Assembly (NCBI GenBank): GCA_965217775.1 | Contig: CBDCJH010000002.1 | Span: 5,792,001-5,856,000, forward strand | Length of the DNA: 64,000 nucleotides | Direction of reading: 5' to 3' | Origin: Acidobacteriota bacterium | Lineage (GTDB): Bacteria; Acidobacteriota; UBA6911; RPQK01; JAJDTT01 | Shown here: in pieces, positions 21,311 through 29,832 of the stretch | Layout: each line of letters begins with the position of its first letter | Position numbering within the stretch: the first letter of the stretch is position 1 | The notes under the pieces: generated by a model | Told to the model about the DNA's origin: nothing | Databases searched by the model: none | Seen by the model: the letters and a program-made list of their open reading frames with translations, nothing else | Position numbers and translations under genes: made by a program

Positions 21311-21341
21311 CCAAACCCATTAGCGCGTTGGCGCCGCATCG

Positions 21342-22271
21342 GTGTTCCGACATGACGAAATCAACCGCGGGAATTCTCTCGACGTGAGCACGGCATCCCG
21401 ATCTCATGCCGGTCCGGGCAGATGGTCGTGCGGTCAGGTCAAGCCCCGGGATCACGTGAATCGCGTCGTGGAACGATCAGGCACGTCGTTCCTGTGGGCC
21501 ATGAGGGCGCTCTCGGCGGAACGGCGCCGTGCAATCTATGCGATCTACGCGTTCTGCCGGGAAGTCGACGACATTGCCGACGAACCGGGAGAAAACGCTG
21601 ACAAGAGGCGAGCATTGGCGGCTTGGCGGGAAGAGATCGACCGACTCTATGCGGGGAAGCCGAAGGGGCCGACGACAAGAGCACTGTTGGAACCGGTTCG
21701 GCGATTCAACTTGCCTCGAGAGGAATTCCTCGCGGTGATCGACGGCATGGAAATCGATGCCAAGGCCACGGTTCGGATGCAGAACCTGGATGATTTGCTG
21801 CACTATTGCCGCAAGGTTGCGGGAGCCGTCGGAATCCTTTCCATCCATGCATTCGGCGTGCCGCGGAACCCGGGATTTCAAATCGCCGAGAAGCTCGGAA
21901 ACGCCCTGCAGCTGACCAACATCCTGCGCGACCTGAAAGAGGATGCGGCATTGCAGCGTCTCTACGTGCCTCTGGAACTGCTCAGCAAGCATGGTGTCGC
22001 CACCACCTCGTTGAACGCGGTTTTGGTCGATCCGGGCTTTAGCGGAGCCTGCGCCGAACTCGCCGGCCTCGCTCGCCGTTACTATTCCGAAACCGAGAGC
22101 CTGATTACGGAATTCGGATGGCGGAGGATTCGGCCTGCCGTTCTCATGATGGCGGTCTATCGAGAATTGCTCGACCGCCTCGAAGAACGGGGATGGACGC
22201 GAATCGATGTATCGATCCGGCTGACGCGGCTCCGGAAGATGCTGCTCGCTCTGCGTTACGGCCTTTGCTGA
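21342..22271 (+). CDS. hpnD: Presqualene diphosphate synthase HpnD
   Basis: 'SGTSFLWAM', 'YAFCREVDDIAD', 'ALQLTNILRD'; true start probably further downstream. Confidence 0.92.
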   Translation: MFRHDEINRGNSLDVSTASRSHAGPGRWSCGQVKPRDHVNRVVERSGTSFLWAMRALSAERRRAIYAIYAFCREVDDIADEPGENADKRRALAAWREEIDRLYAGKPKGPTTRALLEPVRRFNLPREEFLAVIDGMEIDAKATVRMQNLDDLLHYCRKVAGAVGILSIHAFGVPRNPGFQIAEKLGNALQLTNILRDLKEDAALQRLYVPLELLSKHGVATTSLNAVLVDPGFSGACAELAGLARRYYSETESLITEFGWRRIRPAVLMMAVYRELLDRLEERGWTRIDVSIRLTRLRKMLLALRYGLC

Positions 22272-22283
22272 CGGACGTTCACC

Positions 22284-23561
22284 GTGCCCCGAACCCACAT
22301 CGTCGGTGCCGGCTTGGCGGGTCTTGCCGCCGCAGTGTCGTTGGTGCGCCACGGCCGGGAGGTGACGGTCTACGAAGCCAGTGGGCATGCGGGCGGCCGC
22401 TGCCGCTCATTCGTTGACGGCAAGCTCGATCGCACGATAGACAACGGCAACCATCTGCTGCTCAGCGGCAACCGGTCCGCGATGCGCTATCTGGCGGACA
22501 TCAAGGCCGCGGACTCCCTGATCGGCCCGGTCTCGGCCTGCTTTCCATTCCTGGATCTGCGCACGGGTCAGCGATGGCTATTGCGGCCGAACGCCGGGAG
22601 AGTTCCATGGTGGATACTGAATTCCAGGCGGCGCGTGCCGGACACAAAGGTCTGGAATTACCTTTCGGCGCTGCGGTTCGCCATGGCTGGAGCCGATACG
22701 ATTGTGACCGACTGCGTCGGCGACTCCGGAGTTCTGTTCGAGAGATTCTGGAGACCGCTGGCGGTGGGGGCATTGAATACTCCGGCTCGCGCCGGTGCGG
22801 CGCAGCTCTTGTGGTCCGTGTTGCGCGAGACCTTTGCCCAGGGAGAGGCGGCCTGCCGTCCGCGGATCGCGAAGGCGGGACTCTCCGCCGCCTTCGTCGA
22901 GCCGGCGCTGAAATTGCTGCAACAAAAGGGCGCAACGGTTCGGTTTGGCCACCGCTTACGCAGAATCAACTACCGGTGCCGCCGTGCGAGTGGTCTGGAC
23001 TTCGGATCGGAAAGAATAAAATTGCGAGATGGAGAGGCCGTGGTTCTGGCCGTTTCGCCGCCGGCTGCGGCGGAACTGGTGCCGGCGCTGGCCGTCCCCG
23101 AAGAGACCCACGCCATCGTCAACGTTCATTATCGCTTGACGGCACCGGCTGGCCTGCCGCCGGAGCTTCCCCTGCTGGGGCTGATCGGAGGGACCGCGCA
23201 GTGGCTCTTCGTTCGTGGTGACGTTGCTTCCATCACGGTCAGCGCGGCGGATGCCCTGGCGGCCGAGCCGTCCGGAAAGATTGCCCGCAAGGCCTGGAAC
23301 GACGTGGCGACGGCACTGGGCCATCAGCGGGAGAAAGTGCCGCCCTGTCGCATCGTCAAGGAGAAGCGCGCCACCTTTGCCCAGACGCCGGATCAGGTGA
23401 AGCGTCGTCCACAAACCAGAAGCGAGTTTACCAACCTGTATCTGGCGGGGGATTGGATCGATACGGGTCTGCCCGCAACCATCGAGAGCGCCGTTCGGTC
23501 CGGTCAAATGGCGGCTCGGGCCATAGCCGGAAATGGACCGACGACCACCGGTCGACTTTAG
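22284..23561 (+). CDS. hpnE: Hydroxysqualene dehydroxylase HpnE (FAD-dependent)
   Basis: 'VGAGLAGLAAA', 'GGRCRSF', 'IDNGNHLLLSGN', 'KEKRATF', 'LAGDWIDTGLPATIESAVRSG'. Confidence 0.93.
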   Translation: MPRTHIVGAGLAGLAAAVSLVRHGREVTVYEASGHAGGRCRSFVDGKLDRTIDNGNHLLLSGNRSAMRYLADIKAADSLIGPVSACFPFLDLRTGQRWLLRPNAGRVPWWILNSRRRVPDTKVWNYLSALRFAMAGADTIVTDCVGDSGVLFERFWRPLAVGALNTPARAGAAQLLWSVLRETFAQGEAACRPRIAKAGLSAAFVEPALKLLQQKGATVRFGHRLRRINYRCRRASGLDFGSERIKLRDGEAVVLAVSPPAAAELVPALAVPEETHAIVNVHYRLTAPAGLPPELPLLGLIGGTAQWLFVRGDVASITVSAADALAAEPSGKIARKAWNDVATALGHQREKVPPCRIVKEKRATFAQTPDQVKRRPQTRSEFTNLYLAGDWIDTGLPATIESAVRSGQMAARAIAGNGPTTTGRL

Positions 23562-23754
23562 CCTGACCCAAAGTTCTCGCCAAGCCAGAAACGCTGCCTT
23601 CCCCATCAGCAGAATTCGGCGCCGCCCTGGATATCCCGGCGAGGATTTCCATCGGTTGGCGGTGCGGTAGTGGTTTTGCTTGGATGTCCACGGGTGGTAA
23701 TATCCCCGAAAAGTTGTCGGGAGGTTTCGGCCACAATATCCGGGAGTTAGAGCA

Positions 23755-24093
23755 ATGGAGGTTCAAGCCGAGCGGGAAGACGGGACCTTGATCGCACGGG
23801 CGGAGGGTCGTGTCGACGGCAACAATGCCCGCGAGCTCGAGGAGGCGCTCAATGCGGCAATCGGAGAAAACGATCGTCTCCTGATCATGGACTTGCAGGA
23901 TCTCTCCTACATCAGCAGCGCCGGCCTTCGAGTTTTTCTGATGATTGCCAAGAAGTTCCAGAGACGAGACGGGAAATTCGTGGTCTGCTCGCTCGCCGAA
24001 ACCATCAGCGAGGTTTTTGAGATCAGTGGTTTCAATAAGATCATCCCAACTCATACCTCCCGGGCCGACGCACTCGCCAGGCACGGTGGTTAG
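23755..24093 (+). CDS. STAS-domain anti-sigma factor antagonist, copy 2
   Basis: Same length as, and clearly paralogous to, 17944-18282 ('LSYISSAGLRV', 'EVFEISGFNKII'); stop TAG is the first triplet of repeat copy 3. Confidence 0.93.
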   Translation: MEVQAEREDGTLIARAEGRVDGNNARELEEALNAAIGENDRLLIMDLQDLSYISSAGLRVFLMIAKKFQRRDGKFVVCSLAETISEVFEISGFNKIIPTHTSRADALARHGG

Positions 24094-24256
24094 CAGCCCG
24101 TGGCAAAAGTCGTCACGGCATTCGACCGTCCCTGCATCGTGCGCGGACTGCGTTGCTATCGGCTCACATACTCCCGGTATGCTCCCTCCGTTGCGCCTTG
24201 TCCGGCGGGCGCAGGAACGGTCTCGGTGCTCGCGCGACTTTCACCACGGACTGTCA
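24091..24256 (-). repeat. ~165-bp MITE-like element, copy 3 (inverted)
   Basis: TAGCAGCCCGTGG...CCACGGACTGTCA, reverse-complement homolog of copies 1 and 2. Confidence 0.85.
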
Positions 24257-24392
24257 GAATCTCACCGCGGAGACCCGTTTTGGTGCCGGTCGAGTCTTCT
24301 GCATTTCGCCGTCGGGGCACACTTGATGACGAGCAATATTCGAAGCGGAAGGGGATTGCGTTGGTGACAAGGCGCAGTCGTCCGTTTTCTCC

Positions 24393-24428
24393 TGCATGAC
24401 GTTCCTTCGGAGCGAGAGGCATCGTTGA
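24393..24428 (+). pseudogene. 3' remnant of a second REC-PP2C phosphatase gene
   Basis: Encodes CMTFLRSERHR*, versus CMTLYRGERDR* at 19632-19667 (29/36 nt identical by hand count), with the same TTGA overlap onto an rsbW-like gene. Confidence 0.75.
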
Positions 24429-24844
24429 GCCGGAAGCTGTCCCTGGAGATCGAACCCAGCGTCGAAGAACTGAGTACGATTACGGCCGCCGTAGAGCAGT
24501 TCGGGGACGCGGAGCAATGGCCGCCCGACCTGGTCTTTCAAATCAATCTGGTGATCGAAGAGCTGGGACTCAACATCATGACCCACGGGATGAGCGAGGA
24601 TCTCGAGAAGATCGAGATCACGCTGACCGTGGAAGGGGAATCCCTCACCATCGAAATCGTGGACAATGGTCGTCCCTTCGATCCGACCAGCGATGCTCCC
24701 GAGCCCGACCTGGATTCCGGCATAGGGGAACGTAGTATCGGCGGACTCGGTGTCCATATCGTACGCAGCTTGATGGACAGCTTGTGCTACCGGCGTCAGG
24801 GGGGGAGAAATCATGTGACTCTGGTCAAGGAGCGGGTCCGATGA
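24425..24844 (+). CDS. RsbW-like anti-sigma factor, copy 2
   Basis: Paralog of 19664-20083: 'LVIEELGLNIMTHG', 'DNGRPFDP', 'GGLGVHIV'. Confidence 0.92.
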   Translation: MSRKLSLEIEPSVEELSTITAAVEQFGDAEQWPPDLVFQINLVIEELGLNIMTHGMSEDLEKIEITLTVEGESLTIEIVDNGRPFDPTSDAPEPDLDSGIGERSIGGLGVHIVRSLMDSLCYRRQGGRNHVTLVKERVR

Positions 24845-26025
24845 AGCGATCGTCCCGCCGGCTGGCCGCTCTTTTCGTGCTCGTAATTCCTTGGCTATTG
24901 ACGGCAATGCCGGTGCCGGCGCAGCAACCCGGTGTTTCCGACGAACGCATTCTTTTCGGACAGTCCGCCGCCTTCAGCGGTCCTGCCCAAGAGTTGGGGA
25001 AAAGCATGCGCGTCGGGATCGAGGCCGCCTTCCACGAAGTCAACCGGGCGGGCGGCGTCCACGGCCGGCGGTTGGAGTTGAAGTGGCTGGACGACGTCTA
25101 CGAGCCGGAAGCCGCCGTCGCCAATACTCTTGCTCTGATCAGGGAACAAGAGGTTTTCGCTCTCATCGGCGCTGTCGGCACACCGACTTCGCGCGCGGCG
25201 GTTCCGGTTGCCGCGGACGCGGGTGTGCCCTATATCGCCCCGTTCACGGGTGCCGCGTTCCTGCGCGATGCCAAATGGAGCAACGTCATCAACCTCCGAG
25301 CCTCCTACAACCAGGAGACAGAGGAAATGGTGGCCCGGTTGACCGAGGACATGGGCATCAAGCGGATCGCCGTGCTGTACCAGGACGATTCCTTCGGTCG
25401 AGCCGGATACCGCGGAGTGCGGACCGCACTCGACCGGAGAAAGATGACGCCGGTGGCCATCGGACTGTATCCTCGCAATACCCTGGCAGTGAAAATGGCT
25501 CTCCTGGATGTGAACGAGGGGGACCCCAAAGCCGTAATTCTCATCGGAGCGTACAAACCTCTCGCCACGTTCATCTCGTGGGCGCGGTTTTCGGGTCTGC
25601 ATGCCGTATTCATGAACATCTCCTTCGTGGGCAGCAACGCATTGGCGCAAGAGCTTGGATCCGGCGGCGCCGGTGTCTATGTCACTCAGGTCGTTCCCTT
25701 TCCGACCGACAGATCTCTTCCCATCGTCCTCGACTACCATCGCGCCCTGTCCGCCTACGCATCCGGCACGGTTCCCGGGTTTATCTCCTTCGAAGGCTAT
25801 CTGGCCGGACGCCTGGCCATTGCCGGCCTGAAGAGTTGTGGGCGTGAGGTCAGCCGCACCCATTTTCTGGACGGTTTTCGCCAAGCCGGAATGATCGATC
25901 TCGGCGGGTTTCGACTTCGATTCGGGAATCAGGACAACCAGGGGTCGGACGCTGTTTTTCTGACCGTGATCGGTCGTGACGGTCGATATCGTCCGATCAG
26001 CTCACTGCTGGAAGCGGCGCCGTGA
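24841..26025 (+). CDS. Type-1 periplasmic solute-binding protein (LivJ/LivK-like)
   Basis: ATG 24841 overlaps rsbW stop; signal peptide; 'GQSAAFSGPA', 'GGVHGRRLEL', 'GAVGTPT', 'NLRASY'. Confidence 0.9.
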   Translation: MKRSSRRLAALFVLVIPWLLTAMPVPAQQPGVSDERILFGQSAAFSGPAQELGKSMRVGIEAAFHEVNRAGGVHGRRLELKWLDDVYEPEAAVANTLALIREQEVFALIGAVGTPTSRAAVPVAADAGVPYIAPFTGAAFLRDAKWSNVINLRASYNQETEEMVARLTEDMGIKRIAVLYQDDSFGRAGYRGVRTALDRRKMTPVAIGLYPRNTLAVKMALLDVNEGDPKAVILIGAYKPLATFISWARFSGLHAVFMNISFVGSNALAQELGSGGAGVYVTQVVPFPTDRSLPIVLDYHRALSAYASGTVPGFISFEGYLAGRLAIAGLKSCGREVSRTHFLDGFRQAGMIDLGGFRLRFGNQDNQGSDAVFLTVIGRDGRYRPISSLLEAAP

Positions 26026-28202
26026 TCGAACGACTGAACCGTTTGCTCGGAAGTCTGCTGCAGAGTCGCTTTCGGATCTCGACGCAGCTCTACGCCACCA
26101 TCGGGGGCGCCGTCGCCCTGACCATTTCCGCGAGCCTGGTGGGCTGGTTTTCCTTCGATCGCGTGGGCGATCTCCAGAGTCGTGTCAACGAACTCCGCTT
26201 CCCGGAATTGGAGGCCGCGTTCGGCGTTGCCCAGTTCAGTGGAGTCCTGGTCGCGGCCGCACCGCGCCTGACCACGGCCGAAACGCAGGAGGACTTTAAC
26301 CAGGTTGCAGCCGGCATCGCGGAAGCGAATCAGGCGCTTGAGGACCAATTGGCCGTTCTGGAGCGCCAGGATTCGGCGGATGAACGCTTCCAGCGCATAC
26401 GTGCGCAGGCCGATACGCTGATATCCAACATCCGGGCGATTGAAACCGATATGTCCGCGATTTACGAGCTGGCCGATCGGAGTGCGGATCTGCGAACGGA
26501 ACTCTTGGATTTGCAAGGGCGTCTGCAGCGGGTGATTTTTCCGGCCGTCGACGATCAGTTCTTCTACACCATCACGGGGCACCGCACCCTGGGTGAACCT
26601 CCGGCCCCCCGTTGGAAACATTTTTCGGAAGCAGAGTTCGATCGTTTTCGTCATCTGACGGATCTTCTCGCGGACGCCAATACTGCAACCCAACTTCTGG
26701 AGAGCGCATTCACGGTTTCGGATGCCTTCTTGATTGAGCCTTTGAGAGACAAGTTCGAGGCCTCCCGCAACCGCATAGAACGGAGCCTTTCGACCTTGGA
26801 AGGATCCCAATTGGGTGGCCGGATCTCGTCTGATTTACAACGCCTGTTCGAGTTGGGGGCCGGGGAGGAGGGCTGCCTGAATCTGCTGGTCCGTCAACTC
26901 AGACTTACGGCGCGGCAGCGGGGACTCTTGGCGCGGAACCAGGAGATCACCATCGATCTGGTGACCGAAGTCGATGACCTGGTCAAAGCGTCGCAAGCGA
27001 GCGCGGCAGCCGACACTCAAGAATCCACACAGGCCATCCTGGCAGGCCGGACCCTCCTCGTCGCCATCAACGGGCTCAGCATCGTCGGCGCCGTGCTCAT
27101 CGCCTGGCTGATTGTGGGCCGGATATTGCTCCGCCGTCTGGCGCTGTTGTCGCAGCGCATGCGGCGAATGGCCGGCGGAGAACTGGAAGGCAAGGTCGAG
27201 ATCGAAGGGAGGGACGAGGTAGCCGACATGGCTGCGGCCCTTGAGGTGTTTCGCCGTCACGCGCTGGAGGTTCAGCGTCTGAACTTGGTGGAGAAGCTGG
27301 CGGAGGAGTTGCGCGGTAAGAACGCCCAATTGGAGAGCGTGCTCGCGGACTTGCGGAAGGCTCAGGACCAGATCGTCATGCGTGAAAAGCTGGCGGCGCT
27401 CGGTGAGCTCACAGCGGGCGTCGCCCATGAGATCAAGAATCCCTTGAACTTCGTCAAGAACTTCGCGGAGGCGTCGGAGGAACTCCTGGAGGAACTCCAG
27501 GAAATCCTCGAAGCAGAGAGCGAAAAATTTAAAGCGGACGACCGCGAGTTGGTCGAGGAATTGATTCAGGATCTCAACGATAATCTTCGGCGCATCCACT
27601 CACACGGTGAACGGGCCAACCGCATCGTTCACGACATGCTCATGATGGGACGCGGCTCAGGCGAGTGGCAGGTGATCGACGTCAACAATCTGCTCGATGA
27701 ACACACCCGGCTCGCCTACCATAGCGCCAGGGCGACCGATCCTGACTTCCAACTCCACATGCAGATGAGTCTGGATCCGGAGACGGGTCAGTTCGAAGTC
27801 GTTCCGCAGGACATGGGCCGGGTGTTTCTGAACATGGTGGGCAACGCCTGCTACGCGACCGATCAGAAACGGCGCGCGGCTGTCGAGGCGGGGAAAGATT
27901 TTTTCGCCTACATGCCCACTCTGTGGGTCGCCACCCGGCGTCTCGATGACCGGGTCGAGGTCCGGATCAAGGATAATGGGAACGGAATCCCACCCGAGAT
28001 CGTGGACAAGATCTTCAATCCGTTCTTCACGACGAAGCCGACCGACCAGGGAACAGGGCTGGGCCTTGCTCTTTCCAACGACATCGTGCGGGAGCATGGG
28101 GGATCCATTCGAGTGGAAACCGAACCCGGCGAGTTCACCGAAATGATTGTCGAGGTCCCCGCGATGCGGCCCGTTGCCATGGAAGGGGCTCCCGGGCAAT
28201 AG
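26022..28202 (+). CDS. Sensor histidine kinase (long helical periplasmic domain, TorS-like; HAMP; HisKA; HATPase)
   Basis: Two TMs; HAMP 'GRDEVADMAAALEVFR'; H-box 'AGVAHEIKNPLN'; 'DNGNGI', 'PFFTTK', 'GTGLGL'; no receiver domain. Confidence 0.92.
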   Translation: MIERLNRLLGSLLQSRFRISTQLYATIGGAVALTISASLVGWFSFDRVGDLQSRVNELRFPELEAAFGVAQFSGVLVAAAPRLTTAETQEDFNQVAAGIAEANQALEDQLAVLERQDSADERFQRIRAQADTLISNIRAIETDMSAIYELADRSADLRTELLDLQGRLQRVIFPAVDDQFFYTITGHRTLGEPPAPRWKHFSEAEFDRFRHLTDLLADANTATQLLESAFTVSDAFLIEPLRDKFEASRNRIERSLSTLEGSQLGGRISSDLQRLFELGAGEEGCLNLLVRQLRLTARQRGLLARNQEITIDLVTEVDDLVKASQASAAADTQESTQAILAGRTLLVAINGLSIVGAVLIAWLIVGRILLRRLALLSQRMRRMAGGELEGKVEIEGRDEVADMAAALEVFRRHALEVQRLNLVEKLAEELRGKNAQLESVLADLRKAQDQIVMREKLAALGELTAGVAHEIKNPLNFVKNFAEASEELLEELQEILEAESEKFKADDRELVEELIQDLNDNLRRIHSHGERANRIVHDMLMMGRGSGEWQVIDVNNLLDEHTRLAYHSARATDPDFQLHMQMSLDPETGQFEVVPQDMGRVFLNMVGNACYATDQKRRAAVEAGKDFFAYMPTLWVATRRLDDRVEVRIKDNGNGIPPEIVDKIFNPFFTTKPTDQGTGLGLALSNDIVREHGGSIRVETEPGEFTEMIVEVPAMRPVAMEGAPGQ

Positions 28203-28318
28203 CCGAGTTAGTCCCTGACCCGAGACCCTCCGGGTCACCATCGTTGCTGAAGCGGTAGTGGTGCCGGATAGCGAGATGTTCTAATATCGATCGCTATCTC
28301 CCTTCGCGAGTCGGCCAC

Positions 28319-29752
28319 ATGGAATTTCGATCCTACGACCTGGACGTCCAGTACTACGACGAAATGTTCCGTGCGGACGGCACTCCGCGAGAACATAGTC
28401 AATTACTGTACGAAGCCCTGAGCCGACTGTCGGTCGAGGAAGTCGGCAGCATTCAGGAACGCGTGACGAGTTCGTTCTCCCATGAAGGAATCACCTTTAC
28501 CGTTTACGGCGACGAAGAAGCCGAGGAGCGCATCATCCCCATCGACTGCGTTCCCCGAATTCTTTCGGGAGATGAGTGGCGCCAGTTGGAAGCCGGCCTG
28601 ACCCAGCGGCTCACGGCTCTGAACCATTTTCTGCAGGATATATACAACGAGGCTCGCATTATTGCGGACGGGGTCATCCCGTTGGACATGGTGCGGGGTT
28701 GTCCGCAGTACCGTCTGGAAATGCGTGGATTTTCGGCGCCCCATGGCGTCTGGGTCGGCGTCTGCGGAACCGACCTGGTCCGCACCCATGACGGATTCTG
28801 CGTGTTGGAAGACAATCTGCGGGTCCCCTCGGGGGTGTCGTACATGGTCGCCAACCGGAAGGCGGTGAAGGCCAGTCTTCGCCTCCTTTACCGAAACTCC
28901 CGGGTGAGAGAAGTGGAGCACTACGGACGAGTCCTGCTCCGGACCCTGCGAGAGCTGGCGCCCAAAGATCGGTCGGGAGCCTGCATCGTGCTGCTGACAC
29001 CCGGCGTCTACAATTCCGCGTTCTACGAGCACATATTTTTGGCAAACGAGATCGGTGCGGAATTGGTGGAAGGCCGTGACTTGTTGGTCAACGATGGCTA
29101 CGTGTACATGCGAACTACGGCGGGCCTGAAGCGCGTCGACGTGATTTACCGGCGTGTGGACGACGATTTTCTCGATCCTCTGGTATTTCGACCCGACTCT
29201 CTGCTGGGGGTCCCGGGGCTGATCCATGCCTACAAGCAGGGCAATGTTTCCCTGGTGAACGCGCCCGGTACCGGCGTCGCCGATGACAAGAGCGTTTATG
29301 CTTATGTGCCGGACATGGTCCGTTACTACTTGGGTGAAGAGCCGCTTTTGAACAACGTGAAGACTTGGATTTGCCGCCGGCCCGAAGAACTTGAATATGC
29401 GCTCGACAACCTGGAGAACCTGGTGGTGAAACGGGTAGGAGAGTCCGGCGGGTATGGCATGCTGGTCGGTCCGCACTCGACTCGCCAAGAGCGTGTCGAA
29501 TACGCGAAGCAGATGCAGGCCAACCCGGCCGATTTCATTGCGCAACCGGTATTGTCGCTCTCTCGCGCGCCCTGTGTCATCGACGGCCAGGCTGAACCGC
29601 GCCACGTCGATCTGCGTCCATTCGTTCTCAATGGCCGTCGGATTCGCATCGTCCCCGGAGCCTTCTGCCGCGTGGCGCTGCGCCGGGGCAGCCTGGTGGT
29701 GAACTCGAGTCAGGGCGGAGGCGGCAAGGACCTGTGGGTGTTGGAAGACTGA
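28319..29752 (+). CDS. Circularly permuted type-2 ATP-grasp protein
   Basis: 'GITFTVY', 'LEDNLRVPSGVSY', 'LTPGVYNSAFYEH', 'VDVIYRRVDDDFLDP', 'ESGGYGM', 'VVNSSQGGGGKDLWV'. Confidence 0.95.
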   Translation: MEFRSYDLDVQYYDEMFRADGTPREHSQLLYEALSRLSVEEVGSIQERVTSSFSHEGITFTVYGDEEAEERIIPIDCVPRILSGDEWRQLEAGLTQRLTALNHFLQDIYNEARIIADGVIPLDMVRGCPQYRLEMRGFSAPHGVWVGVCGTDLVRTHDGFCVLEDNLRVPSGVSYMVANRKAVKASLRLLYRNSRVREVEHYGRVLLRTLRELAPKDRSGACIVLLTPGVYNSAFYEHIFLANEIGAELVEGRDLLVNDGYVYMRTTAGLKRVDVIYRRVDDDFLDPLVFRPDSLLGVPGLIHAYKQGNVSLVNAPGTGVADDKSVYAYVPDMVRYYLGEEPLLNNVKTWICRRPEELEYALDNLENLVVKRVGESGGYGMLVGPHSTRQERVEYAKQMQANPADFIAQPVLSLSRAPCVIDGQAEPRHVDLRPFVLNGRRIRIVPGAFCRVALRRGSLVVNSSQGGGGKDLWVLED

Positions 29753-29832
29753 GTGGACGGCGTCGGGAGGTGAGTGCGGCGCCCGGCGAATGATCCTGCT
29801 GTGATGACTCGACTGCGACTTGGGAGGGAGCA

